Below are positions 1-13,689 of a stretch of 64,000 nt of DNA, piece after piece. Each line of letters begins with the position of its first letter. Position 1 is the stretch's first letter. The notes beneath the pieces were generated by a model, which did no database searches, was not told the origin of the DNA, and saw only the letters and a program-made list of their open reading frames with translations. Made by a program: the position numbers and the translations under genes. This DNA comes from Eledone cirrhosa (Eukaryota), in contig OZ024741.1 in the NCBI GenBank assembly GCA_964016885.1, forward strand, positions 154,442,001-154,506,000, in the 5' to 3' direction.

Positions 1-184
1 CATTCAACAGTGGAAAATCGGTGTAAAGCTATTGGTGTCCATGCTGGCAATAGTCACTTTGACCAATGGTGCAATCGTAATTGTTTCTCATTCTGGTGCC
101 CATCATCCCTTTGTCTCTGTAGATAATTCTCAAACACTTTTGCTTATTTACATGACATTCCAATTGTGTATGTATGTGTGTGTG

Positions 185-277
<93 letters not shown>

Positions 278-315
278 GAGTTTGTATGTAAGTATGGATA
301 GTGGGAAATCAAATT

Positions 316-520
316 TATAGCTCACACTTATGTAAGTATAGCTGGTCTCATATGAGGATGCATCTCATAGGTTTCTTGGGTATTTTAATGATAGGAGTCC
401 TCCAATCTTATCATGTTGCAGCTCACACTTATGTAGATTTAGCTGGTCTCTTATAAGTTTGTATTTTATAGGAGGTTTCTTGGCTGTTTAATGATAGGGG
501 GCCCAATCTTATGAAAAGCA
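316..520 (+). repeat. ~100-bp tandem unit of a dispersed repeat family; related copies at 25600-25850 and 37025-37120
   Basis: Recurring agctcacacttatg...agctggtctc...ggtttcttg...taatgatagg. Confidence 0.65.
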
Positions 521-1922
521 GTGCGAAACAAAGTGTCTTGCTAAAGAACACAATGCACTGTCCAGCCCAGAAATTGAAACCATGACCTTATCATTGTGAG
601 TCCAACACCCTAAATACTAGACCATGTACCTTCACATGTATGTATGTATGTATGTATGTATGTATGTATGTATGTATGTATGTATGTATGTATGTATGTG
701 TGTATGTATGTATGAGCAGATGGATGGTTGGATAGATTTATGAATATTGACAATAACAATTGTAGCTTGCACGTAAACAATTTGCTGGAACAAAGTGCAA
801 AAGCCATTATAATCTTATTTGTTCACTTGATGCTATGGAGAAAGAACAAATACATAGAAACTCCACCTATGTAATATACTCTTTAACTCTTACTTGCTCC
901 AGCTGGGGCATTGCTATTGATATTTAATTTAATTTTTTACTTTTGGTTTGGACAAATTATCAATTGTCAAAATGAACATTTTAGATGACTAAATTGAAAC
1001 TGCTAATCGTCTTTTTCTGGTTTCAGTCACTAGACTGTGACCATGCTGGGCATTGCCTAAAAGAGATTTAGTCAATTGTATCGATCCTAGTACTTATTTT
1101 TCATAAGTCTGATATTTATATTATCGATCTCTTTATATTGAACTTGCTACATAAGCTGGGATATAAATAAACACACACACACATACAACAGGCTTCTGAA
1201 GTTTCCGCCTACTAAATTTTACTCCCAAAGCACTGGTCAACCTGTGGCTATAATAGAAGACACTTATCTAAGATGTTATGCAGTACAACTGAACCTGAAA
1301 CCTCGTAGTTGTGAAGTGAACTTTTTAATCACACAGCCTTGCTTGTACCTACGTATATTTATGGTGCTTATCTCAACACCAATGTTTGTAACTTATTTGT
1401 TTTATTTTCTGTGAAGTTTGAATTGGGTACATTAGAGAGTTTTGATTGGAATATAAAGCTTTGGGAGGTTCACCACTCAGTAGGTAGGTGTAAACTATTT
1501 AGTAAATGCTAACTTAATAAACATACATTTAATCTCACGTTAACAATTATATGTTGTGATTATATCACAGCTACCTCAGACACTGGTGTAAAAACACTGT
1601 AATAAATTTTGTAAATAAACTGTTTTTGTTGTGCAAAGTTAACCGGTTCAAAATAAAGATATATATGGACCACTTTACAATGTGTTTATGTATAACACAT
1701 AATGTCGGTATTTCAAATTGTTATATCACAGTTACCTCATTAACCAGAGTAAGAGTGTTGTATACATGTATATCAGAGTTAATATTCATCAACAGCAGTC
1801 CAGTTACTATGAGATACTGAGCTATGAAGGCTTGTAAAATCTTATATATTTTCTAAATATACAAAGATAAAAGCCTAGCTTGCAATACTCACAGAAAAAT
1901 TAAATGTACGTTTTATTATACA

Positions 1923-2570
1923 CTAGCAGTGGTACCCGGCGTTGCACGGGATAAGGTATTTTGGAACGCGAGTCGCCAACAGACCTAATCGTGGAAAAAC
2001 TGCATGCCTGGACAATATGTAAAGAAAATAAACAATACTCTGATGGCTGGATAATCTTTAAGGTTTTCCTCGATTAAGCAGGAAAAATGCAGGTTTTCAC
2101 CTAATGCGGGCCCTAGGGGATCAAGGAAATGAATTTTTTTTTATGTGCATAATATGCCTTGAAATTTTGGGAAAATCGGCTAGACGTAACGCCTCAAAAA
2201 AGCGCTAAAAAGCTGAACAAAATGAAGTTTTTCACCTAATGCGGGTCCTAGGCCATAAAAAAGTTGGATTTTCTTTGCTCACGGTATGAAGAAGAGACTG
2301 ACTAATACATAGTTACAATTTCAAGGAAATCGGTCTGACGTAACGCCTAAAAAAACCCCTAAAAAGCTGAAACAAAAAACGCAGTTTTTCACCTAATGCG
2401 AGCCCTAGGGGATCAAAAAGTTGTATTTTTTATGTGCATAACACTCCCTGAAAAGAAGTAATACACATGTAAAGTTTGAAAAAGATCGGTTGGGTACTTC
2501 TCGAGTTTTAGGGATTCGAACTCACAGAAACACACACACAGACAGACATCCTCTGTTTTATAAATATAGA
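1923..2570 (-). mobile_element. Non-autonomous Helitron, short copy without cargo (648 bp)
   Basis: On the minus strand: 5' A|TC at 2570, GC-rich hairpin CCCGTGCAACGCCGGG 9 nt before a terminal CTAG|T at 1923, inserted between A and T with no TSD; three internal ~140-155 bp subrepeats (ttttcacctaatgcg...). Confidence 0.85.
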
Positions 2571-3979
2571 TTATATATATAAGTAGATAAACATTTTGTA
2601 TATGAGTCTATATTGTGAAAGTGATTTTCTTTTGTTCATGAAAAAGATCAATAAGAAGTAAAAGAAAGCAAAGTTTGAGAGTCTGGGTGTGGTTTGTAAA
2701 ATAAGTGAAGAGGAAAAGAGTGTTTATAACATTTTCAATTTGTGTTAAATAAATTAATTATTGGCTAAGATGTATTCAGATCTTAAAGAGTCATGCATTA
2801 AATTATATTTTTAAGACAATATTTAATTGTTTTCTGTCATTGTGTTCGTTTTAAGAATTTACTATTGACCTTAACCATTTTGATATAACCAACTTGCCTG
2901 AAACTGCACTGGATTTATTATATAAAACATAATTAAAACAAAATACCAGACATTTACTGATCATTTTTTATTTGTACCTGTCACTACTGAGACCTCTGGT
3001 GTCCTCGATCCTTGGACCCCAGCTGTTTTCCTCTGCCACATAGAGACGAGAGCATCGGCGTGTTTGAAAAAGGAGTCCCATAAGGTGGAATAGCTGATGC
3101 AGTGGGAATAGCTGGCTGTTCTGCAATGCTTTCACCATCTTGTCTCTCACAGGGCACAGCTGAGATATACCGTCCAGGCAAGAGTAGGATTTATCCCATG
3201 GAGTAAAATGGCTGACGAAGCAGGCTGTTCTCCACAGCAATGCTTCCGCCATCTTGACCGTGGGACACAACTCAGATATGCCATCTAGCAAAAGGTGTAG
3301 AGTTTGTCACCTCCTCATTTCTCCTTAATTTTTTACTTTATTTTTATTTTTCATAATGTTATGTATGAACGTATTATTAAAATTTGTTTTGTACACGTGT
3401 CATCATTATTAGAGTTAAATAATGACTATAGCGGTCCTCAGACTGGAGCAACGCGAAGTAGTGATTTTCTCAAAGACAATGCGTCACTCGGCCCCAATCC
3501 AATCGTGAGCCGAACACACTAATCCACATGCTATAAACACACACAGTTGAACGTATACTTACACAACACAGCTGTATCATTATTATCGATAAATAATTTA
3601 TTGATTAACGATCTATAAATGCCTGGGATTTACAAACGAAATTGGACAGCAAAAATAAAAATCATTAAACATACACACACACACACAGCAGTTGTATTCA
3701 CATACACGTACACATACTTATACATGTATTTGCTAGGTTCTCTGTGTCAAGCTAGGTTTGTCAACCCAACAGTCGACATATCTACACTATCTGTTACCTC
3801 TTCTTTCATTGCTGAGGCAGGTTACACACACGTACACACATATTGTCTACACATTATATGTAATAAGACTTTATCACTTCTGCTACACACGTAAGTAAAC
3901 GGAATTTGCTTTATCTTGATTTTCATTCTTGATGTTCAACTTTCCAATGTCTGATCTGGATAACTAATTGTATGTGAAA

Positions 3980-5665
3980 ATGCCTGTACATAATAAGACA
4001 AACAGCATTTGGAAGATTTTCTCTCTTTCGAGCATAAAAACTTTTTATTTGCTTGCATTAATCTCGGTTGTTTCCATAAGCATAGCGTTAACTTTCGGTT
4101 TCCTGGCAAACGAACACTTATTGAAAAATAGATTAAGAGGAACTTTTGAAATGAACAGTGGTCAGAACTTGAAGGATAAATATTCTGCTGAAATCCAACA
4201 TAAATTACGTTATGGAACTGAAAAGAACGTAATAAAAGGGAAATATGAAAAGGCAGTAAAGCAGACGAAAACATTAAACAACATCACGAAGCATGTGAAT
4301 TTAACTTTTGCAGATGACAATAGATTAGTTAATGTACCTTTAAGAAAACCAAACTATCCTTTGAACAAAACTACTGTGCAAACTGTTTATTGGTTAAAAA
4401 ATAAAAATGTAACAACATACCCACTAAAACAAAACAAAAGCGAAAATTCTTTTGTTCCTCTCCCTAATTTTAGGCAGAATACAACAGAAATACCAAAGAG
4501 ATTTTTCTCAATGTTAAAAAACAATGAAACTGGAGCCCCACTAAAGTCTCCTTCAGATATTGAACAGAATAAAACCGGGAAAATCAATGTAATTTCTTCA
4601 AACTTAAAAAACAATGAAACTGGAGCCCCACTAAAGTCTCCTTCAGATATTGAACAGAATAAAAACGGGAAAATCAATGTAATTTCTTCAAACTTAAAAA
4701 ACAATGAAACTGGAGCCCCACTAAAGTCTCCTTCAGATATTGAACAGAATAAAAACGGGAAAATCAATGTAATTTCTTCAAACTTAAAAAACAATGAAAC
4801 TGGAGCCCCACTAAAGTCTCCTTCAGATATTGAACAGAATAAAACCGGGAAAATCAATGTAATTTCTTCAAACTTAAAAAACAATGAAACTGGAGCCCCA
4901 CTAAAGTCTCCTTCAGATATTGAACAGAATAAAAATGGGAAAATCAATGTAATTTCTTCAAACTTAAAAAACAATGAAACTGGAGCCCCACTAAAGTCTC
5001 CTTCAGATATTGAACAGAATAAAAACGGGAAAATCAATGTAATTTCTTCAAACTTAAAAAACAATGAAACTGGAGCCCCACTAAAGTCTCCTTCAGATAT
5101 TGAACAGAATAAAAACGGGAAAATCAATGTAATTTCTTCAAACTTAAAAAACAATGAAACTGGAGCCCCACTAAAGTCTCCTTCAGATATTGAACAGAAT
5201 AAAAACGGGAAAATCAATGTAATTTCTTCAAACTTAAAAAACAATGAAACTGGAGCCCCACTAAAGTCTCCTTCAGATATTGAACAGAATAAAAACGGGA
5301 AAATCAATGTAATTTCTTCAAACTTAAAAAACAATGAAACTGGAGCCCCACTAAAGTCTCCTTCAGATATTGAACAGAATAAAAACGGGAAAATCAATGT
5401 AATTTCTTCAAACTTAAAAAACAATGAAACTGGAGCCCCACTAAAGTCTCCTTCAGATATTGAACAGAATAAAAACGGGAAAATCAATGTAATTTCTTCA
5501 AACTTAAAAAACAATGAAACTGGAGCCCCACTAAAGTCTCCTTCAGATATTGAACACAATAAAACTGGGAAAGTCTATGAAATTTCTTCAAAGTTAAACA
5601 ATTCAGAAACTGAACTGAATAAAACTGAGAAAATCAATATAAGAAGGATACAGGGAAACCATTAG
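3980..5665 (+). CDS. Orphan membrane-anchored (type II / signal-anchor) Asn/Lys/Ser-rich tandem-repeat protein
   Basis: First in-frame ATG at 3980; hydrophobic segment FYLLALISVVSISIALTFGFLA; about 180 non-repeat codons stay open before the array; many N-x-S/T sequons; TATAAA at ~3614. No family recognised. Confidence 0.6.
   Translation: MPVHNKTNSIWKIFSLSSIKTFYLLALISVVSISIALTFGFLANEHLLKNRLRGTFEMNSGQNLKDKYSAEIQHKLRYGTEKNVIKGKYEKAVKQTKTLNNITKHVNLTFADDNRLVNVPLRKPNYPLNKTTVQTVYWLKNKNVTTYPLKQNKSENSFVPLPNFRQNTTEIPKRFFSMLKNNETGAPLKSPSDIEQNKTGKINVISSNLKNNETGAPLKSPSDIEQNKNGKINVISSNLKNNETGAPLKSPSDIEQNKNGKINVISSNLKNNETGAPLKSPSDIEQNKTGKINVISSNLKNNETGAPLKSPSDIEQNKNGKINVISSNLKNNETGAPLKSPSDIEQNKNGKINVISSNLKNNETGAPLKSPSDIEQNKNGKINVISSNLKNNETGAPLKSPSDIEQNKNGKINVISSNLKNNETGAPLKSPSDIEQNKNGKINVISSNLKNNETGAPLKSPSDIEQNKNGKINVISSNLKNNETGAPLKSPSDIEQNKNGKINVISSNLKNNETGAPLKSPSDIEHNKTGKVYEISSKLNNSETELNKTEKINIRRIQGNH
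4514..5593 (+). repeat. 90-bp coding minisatellite, 12 copies (LKNNETGAPLKSPSDIEQNKNGKINVISSN)
   Basis: Units start at 4514, 4604 ... 5504; near-identical, with the last copy diverged. Confidence 0.97.
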
Positions 5666-8600
5666 CATTTTCTCCAAAGAATAAACAATATACTACAGAG
5701 AATCATAAGGTGATTTCTCCAAAGATTGAACATCATACTACAGAGAAACCATTAGTGTTAACTCCAAAGACTTTACAGAATATAATAACGAAATATCACT
5801 AAGGACATTGAAATACATTAAGGGAAACATAATAGTTTTTATCATCAAATATAAATACTGAGAATTCTCATATTTTCTCACCAGTCTTGAGAGAATAAAT
5901 ATAAGAAATCCCAGATTTCACAATTTGGACAGAATATAAAAATTCTTAGGGTCTTTTTCATTCAGCCCATAACAGGAACCTGTAGATAATAACAGTGTAA
6001 ACATATGTCATTATTTTTTATTGGCAGTATCGGTAGAGGGTCAGACATGCTTCCTAGCATAGTTACGTCCCTTTACGTTCTGAGTTCAAATCCCGCCGAG
6101 GTTAACTTTTCTTTTCATCCTTACGGGGTCGATAAAATAAAGTACTAGTAATGTACTGGGTAATTGCTGGCCTTGTGCCAAAAATAGAAACAATTATTTT
6201 TTTCCTTAATTCTTGAAGAGTAAAGAAATTTGCATCAATTTCTTTTGTGAGTTTTTTTTTTTGTTTATTATGAATATCATTTTCACAATATTACCAATAT
6301 TAGTTGTTTTAGACACAAGAGGGACATAATATGGGTACAAATACATACAACTACACATGCACACACTCACTCATTTGTTTACAAATTCCTGGGACTGTCT
6401 TGACTTAAACAAAAAAGTCATATCACTTTGTAGAATTCAAGCCAGTCACTAACAAAGAACTTAGATAAATCTCATACATATATATGCACATACATGCATA
6501 CATATAGACGTACGCACCCTCACAAACATGATATATTTTCTGTCAGTTTTGACAATGAACATTCAGGTGACAATTGTCCTGTGTATATTATTAGTATTTA
6601 TTTTTAATGACCTCAGAGGATTACAAGCAAAGTTGACCCAGGCATTTGAACTCACAACTGCAAAGTAATGAACCAGATACTGTAAATATGTTAGTTAACT
6701 TTTCAATGAAAGCTTTCCTGCTATACAGAGAAAATATAAAAAAATATTTGTCATTTAATTAAAATAGATAAATAAATAAAGATAATATCTTGATAAAATT
6801 GGAAAAATTAAGATTTCTTTACTGAAATTTATTTCTTGGAGTTTAAAAAACCCCCACAAAAGACTTAACAAAATGGACAACAATAGGCAGTCTTGTCCGT
6901 GGGGTGCAGCTCCAATACCACTGAGCCATAGGACTAGAGCCCATCATCCCCTCCCCATTCTTCTGTGACCCTAGAGCCCTTGCCTTTCCCAACTACAAAA
7001 GACACTTTAAATTTTTACAATAAATCTATTTTTATGTTTTTAAAAAAAAAAAAAGGAGTTAATATAAAATAACTGAATAAGGAAAGGAGAGAGTGTGAGA
7101 CAGGAAGTGATAAAGGGAGATAGAAGAAGAATCAATTCCAGTATTTAACTTTATTTATTGATCTGGAAAGGGTGAAAGTCAAAGTTGACCTTAGTGGCAT
7201 TTGAACCCATAGTGCAGTGAGCTGGAACAAATCCTGAGGCATTTTTAATCCAATGCCTTAATGACTTTGTCAATTTACTACCTTAATTGAATAAGGATGA
7301 GGGGAAAAATATAGAACAATTCATGGGTTATTTCAAAACAGTTTTGTTTTTACTGAGGAAAAACCATTGATTGGTAATTTGAATTCAATGACATGGATTA
7401 TAACTGACAACATGGATTATATATGACCAGATTATAATGTAGATCATGAGTGTCAAACAATGGAAGGAGTCCTGCAAGGTGGAATGGCTGATGTAATTGC
7501 AGGTATCACTGGTTCTCTGCATGTTAATCATAGGATGTAGCTGAGATAAACTACCTAGCCAAAGGTGTGGAGTTTGCTCCCACCCTTTCATTCTTTTTTT
7601 TTGTCACTTTTGCAAATTGTTTTCTTAAGAAACAAATAAAGAGCTTGGATTATAAAACAATTATGGTTATTATGATCAATTATATTGACCAGGTGGTAAT
7701 AAAAGCATTGATTATGATGGCCAAAGAATGGATTGTAAGAAAATTATTGATATCAATCCATAACATCCTGTATCAGGTAAAACCACATTAGCAAAACATT
7801 ATTGAAAAGTACAAAATGCACTATGACTGAATTACATTAAAAATGAAAATATTTACTCTAATATTACACATTTTCACACCATCTGTCCACTAGTAAAGAT
7901 ACTATAAATTTTTCAATTAACAAACCTGATTTTAGATATTTTCTGTTAAATCATTGTAGGATGTTCAGAATTAAGTGCCATCATAATATTAATCAGGTGT
8001 ATATAACAATATCAATTATATAAATGTTGCAAATACATTATATATAATTATAACATTGCTTTTATTTATTTATTTCAAGTTTTGTTCTTTTTTATGGTAA
8101 TAAACTCAAAAATACTCAAGTCATTTTGGTCTGTCCATAAGTCAAGCTGTTCAACTATAATCTTATCTCTCCAATTACATTAGTAGTATTAGCATTTATA
8201 TCATTACTATTCATTATATATAAATTATTTATTAGATTCAATATCCACAGTATAATTGTTTTATCCATTTGTATGTGTAATCCTTTAGTTTCTTCAGCTT
8301 GTCTATTCTTTTATTCAGTAATCCATTTTAATATGTGGCAGCATTTTAGAATTTGATAGTTTTAATAATCTAAATTAAGTCCGCTTCAAATTTTTCAAGC
8401 AAAGGGTTATGTGGTGGATTTCCATGTTTTAAACCCATATATTAAGAGAAAGTAAGATTATAGTTGAACAGCTTGAGTTAGATAAATATACCGAGCCATA
8501 TACAATAAGAACTCCTAGATTTAATTTAACCCTTTAGCATTTAAATTACTCTATATTTACTATTGTATTTTCATAGTAAAGGCTTTATCTCACATAATAT

Positions 8601-8734
8601 TGAATCTATGAGATTTTGATATTATTTATTTTAAGAACAATACCTTAACATCAATATGAGTGGTCAGTTATGGCCAGTTGAACAGAAAGAAGTTAGAAAA
8701 TTATGGCTGGATACAGCCGGGTTAAAGGATCAAG

Positions 8735-9893
8735 GATTATCTTTTTAACTGGTTGAAGTCCTTCATTCTCAGTCGAAGAGAGGTAGCCACGGTTCTAGGA
8801 CAGCATTCCTCACCATATGAGATGTCATCTGGTGTACCACAGGTATCTGTTCTTGGTTCCCTTTTGTTTGTTGCATATATTAATGACATAGATGCCAACT
8901 TAAAGAATGCCACAGTACTGAAATATGCTGATGACATCAAGCTGTACCTTGAGATAAAAAGGGCAGATCCTGAACACTATAGATCTTTCCTGCAATCAGA
9001 CCTGAGCACAATGCAACAATGGATCATGGACTGGCAACTCAAGCTGGCTGTGGACAAGAGTACCACTGCATTTTGGGAGGGAAAAACCCAGCGTCCACAT
9101 ACTCCCTCCACAACACTAATATCAAGAAGTCTCCCTGTGAATGTGACTTGGCATTACTGTCAGCAGCGATTTGCGTTGGACGAAGCACGTCTCTAAAATT
9201 GTCAAGAAAGCTGAGGGTGTTTTAGCATCACTCAGCAAGGCCTTTGTCAGTCGCTCTCCAGCTATCTATTTAAAGCTGTATATAGCTATGGTATGGCCAC
9301 ACTTAAAATTCGCATCACCAGTCTGGAATCCCTATCTTGCTCAGAATATTGGCCTCCTGGAAACTGTTCAGAGATGTACAACCAAGCTAATACCCTCCAT
9401 CAGGCATCTACCATACTCTGAACGCTTTGCTTCCCTGGGCATGGATACATTGAAGCTCTGACATCTGGCAACTGACTTGGTAAACACCCACAAAATTATT
9501 AACCATCTTGCCAACAACAACCCTGAGCACCTTTTTGATTTCCATGTGTCTAACACACGTGGGCATGGATACAAAGTCAGAAAAGAGCACAACTCCCATG
9601 ACTTTCGGAAACATTTTTTCACGCTCAGAGTTGCTGAAGCATGGAACTAACTACCTGCATCAGTTGTTAGCTGTCAGAGACACTGCATCCTTTAAAACCT
9701 CCATGCTTCGTGAAATTCACCAACACTTTACCTGATATCCCCCCTCCATACACACACACACATGTATATCATGACTCATACACTGTTCATTTTCCTGACA
9801 TTTGTACATTATTCTATGTACTATACATGCACCTTTGATGAGTTGTAGTGCACCTGAGCACTGTACACAATAATTTCATTATTATTATTATTA
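8735..9893 (+). mobile_element. 5'-truncated CR1/L2-type LINE (RT C-terminus, 3'UTR, (ATT)n tail), frameshifted
   Basis: SGVPQxSVLGSLLF...YIND, KYADDIKL and PHLKFASPVWNPY motifs. Confidence 0.92.
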
Positions 9894-12199
9894 GACTAAT
9901 TAGCCCATCTATCTACATTAGATACAGAATGCTTAAGTAAACAAATATTGTATCAAAGTAGGGTTTAGTTTATGGAGAAACACATTTGAAGTAATTACTT
10001 GGTTTGTAGGACTGACAAAAGAAAACAATTCTTGCATTATAGTTATCTGCGTTGTTTTGGGGTCATACATTTCAAATTTTCCCAATGCGTCTTAAGTTAA
10101 CAGCTTTGTATATATCTCTAGTTATAGGCTTAAAATTTTCTTGAAAGACAAAATTTGTGGCCAGCAGCTCTTTAGTACAGGTAATACACTCACCTGGCAT
10201 TTGACAGATATGTGGTTCGATTTCTTGCAGGGGTCTCTATCCATTCTTCTCTATCTCCACATATTTTACCCAAGTTTATCAACTTTTATTTATAGTGAAT
10301 AACTATAATTTTGGTAATTTACATTGGGATGTGCTCATTATATATATATAAAAAATTAAGTCTGTCTTAAGCCAGAAGGCTCATATGGCCGGTGCTTATC
10401 CCAGTTTCATGGCATGAAGCGATTGAGAGTAGAAGACTCACCTCACGCAGAATTAAACCCACAGCTATTTCTGGTACTCATTTTCAGCAGAGTATACTGG
10501 AGCAACGTGAAATGAATTGTTTTGCTCAAGAACACAACACGCAACCCAGGAATCGAACCCACGTCATTGTGATCATAAGTCCAACACCCTTACCACTAGG
10601 CCATGTGCATCCACACACACACACACACACATATATATGTACTCAAGCACATCGCCAAAATGGCCAACTACAGGCACATGCATTTTCCAGCCTTTTTATA
10701 TCCATCTCTCCATATTAGCACCCCTGCCTACCAAATACACATTATATTTGAAAACCACAGATTGTATTTTTTATTAGAAATATGATAGAGGAAAGTTAAA
10801 AAACACTTGAAACATCAAAAGCAAAATCTTTAAAATATTTTATTCAACTTTTCATATATAAATATCAAGAGTAGAATCATTTTGTTCTATGCTATATTAC
10901 ACATCAGAGACCATACCATATTACACCTCAAAGACATTATCATCCCCTGGTTGAACACCATATTACATACTTCATTTAACATCTCATACCATAACATCCA
11001 GTAGAACTATAGAATTTTTTTGTATAACACATGATCACTTACCACCTTGTCAGGTGATAGTGTGTGTAGTATGTACATGAGCGTGTACATGTTATATGTG
11101 TAGTGTAGTGTGTGGGTAATGGCATATGTTGTGTATCTGTGTGTGTGTGCATATGCACATCTAACCTTGGAGAGAAGTTGTAATTAATTGTTGCTATTCT
11201 TCATAGAATTTGACTGGATTCATCATCATCATCATTTGATTGGATTGTAAATGCTAACCTTTTGTACCTGGATTCCAAGACATTACGCCAATTAGATATA
11301 TATATCTTCCCACCTCTACCCTGCTAGATTAAAGAGGGCTCTCCAGTTGAGTCAATGATCAACAACCGCCCTAGTACTGGTGCCATGATAAAATGTACCT
11401 AGTATACTCTGTAAAATGTAGAGTCAGATGAACTCAGAGAAAGAAGATAATTTGCTAGAGAAGGATATGGAAGCTGAATGAACCCTCAGCCAGGGACAAA
11501 TTCAGGGAAAACCAGCTTGATGCTTATTACATTAAGGAAGAGGAGATAGAAACTTATAACATAGAGGAACAGTGGGTGTTCCTGTGAGATACCTTGCTCA
11601 AAGCTATAAATAAAATCTGTGGTTGGAACAAGGCTCTAGTAAAACAGAGAATGATGATTATGACAATATACATACATATAAGTAAACAAATAAGACTGCT
11701 GATTACCTTAACCTGCAAACAAAACTTTTAGATTATCTTAACCCATAAACAAAACACCCAGAAAACTATGTAAACTAACCCTTCACTTGCATTCTCAATT
11801 TTGCAAAACATTCATTGGACTCTAACAACTACGGAATAGCGAAGGTAGATGTTATTAAGTTTCAGTTGTCTTATTATGTAGATTCTTCTGTATACACAGA
11901 CATCATCATCATCATTTTACGTCAGCTTTTCCCATCAATTTCGATGTATGAGGGTTCACTTGCTTAACTGTTGGAGCACCCACACAGATAATTTGTTTTC
12001 AGTGGTGAAGGCATGTGTAAGACCAGCCATATTATTTGGAAATGATGATAACAGAAAGTTGGTGCAAACTTGATGAACAATATACTTCAGGCTTTTCTTA
12101 ACAGTTCTCTCTCTCCTTGGTTAGTCGCCTTCAATATGCTTTAGAGTCTCCCCCCCCCCCCCCGTCCCTGGTAGGCTAAATGTGTGGCTGGACACCAAA

Positions 12200-12930
12200 C
12201 ATATACATATGCCCAGTATACAAAATGTAAACTATGAAGACACTAACACAATCTCGGGCAGGTTAACAAAGAATGCAAGCTATGTATGCGACAGCTGCAC
12301 AGCAGCAGTAACTAGCAAGCACTAACATGAAACAGATGGTGTCAAATGCTCTGATAGTTCCTTAAAAGTGGCTGACAGCTTCTGCTATTTAGGGGACTTA
12401 ATAAGCAGCAGGGGTGGGTGTTCCAAACGTATAATAGCTAGAGTGAGAACTGGGTGGAAGAAGTTCAGGGAACCACTACCTTTGTCAGTTACAAAGGGTT
12501 TCTCTCTCAGGACAAAAGGTATATTGTATGACACCTGTGTGAGAACAACAATGCTGCATAGAAGTGAAACTTAGGCCTTTAATTCAAAGGATCTGTAAAA
12601 ATTAGAAAGAAATGAAGTGATCATATTCTGATGGATATGTAATGTCAGTGTGCCCGAAAGATGAAGTGTCAACAAATTGAGTGTAAGAAAGATTGTAAAA
12701 AGAGAAGACTGCAGTGGACATGTGGTGTATATGAAGAATGGGAGCTGCATAAAAATGTGTAGAGCACTCAAAGTTGATGGGAATTATGGAAACGGTAGAC
12801 TCAGTAAAACTTGAGATGATGTGGTAAAGGCTGACCTCACAAAGGAGATGACACAGGATCAAGTCATCTGGAGATATTGTACTATAGAAGGCTAACATTC
12901 CTACATGAGTGGGGTGAAACACAAGCAAAG
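12200..12930 (+). mobile_element. Degenerate RTE LINE fragment
   Basis: ADSFCYLGD...GWKKFREP...LHRSET. Confidence 0.85.
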
Positions 12931-13689
12931 AAAGAGTTAAACAGAACATCTTCATCCTCACACCACTTCCCTCATCTAAACTATACCAACACAGAAAAAA
13001 ATGCCATCCCAACCCATATGCTTCAACAACTCCAGTTCCCATTCTTTGTACAACTCAGGTCAGCATGGAAAAAAGATATGACCCTACATACCTGAATCAC
13101 TTCCATGTCAAATCCATACCAGCATGGAAAGCAAGGCATGCTTCACAATATAGTGCTAGATGCAACTCACTCTCAAGGCCACCCCCATGATCAATGCTTC
13201 CTCTTCCATGGTGGTATGGCACCCTGCCCACTCCTATTAATGCCTCCCCAGTAATGCTGTCATAATAAAAATGCACCCAGCCAATTCTATAAAGTAGTAG
13301 TGTTGGTACCACAATGAAAATCACCCAGTTTGCACTGTAAGGTGGTAGTGATGGTATCATCACAAAAGCACCTAGTCCATCCTGTAATGTGGGCATGATA
13401 AAATGTTACACGTAAAGTAGTTGGTTAGGAAAGGCATCCAGGCATAGAAACCCTGCTCTTAATACATGTTGTAAATTGGTTGGCATTAGGAAGGACAAAC
13501 AACTGTAAAAACCAAGCCAAATATGGACCATATGAGCAAGAGATGGTCCCCTGACTAATGTAGCCTCAGAATATGACACACATCTAACCCATGCAAACAT
13601 GAAAAATAGATGTTAAACAGTGATGGGGATGGTGATATATATACATAATGTACAGTAATTTGGTAAAATATATCCAAAGCTGGAAAAGC

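Noticed and set aside
4387-5559. 390-aa antisense ORF
   Set aside because: Shadow of the stop-free 90-bp repeat; it has no non-repeat extension, whereas the plus frame has a long unique N-terminus.
4514-5593. CRISPR-like regular array
   Set aside because: Contiguous identical units with no unique spacers, no cas genes, eukaryotic context.
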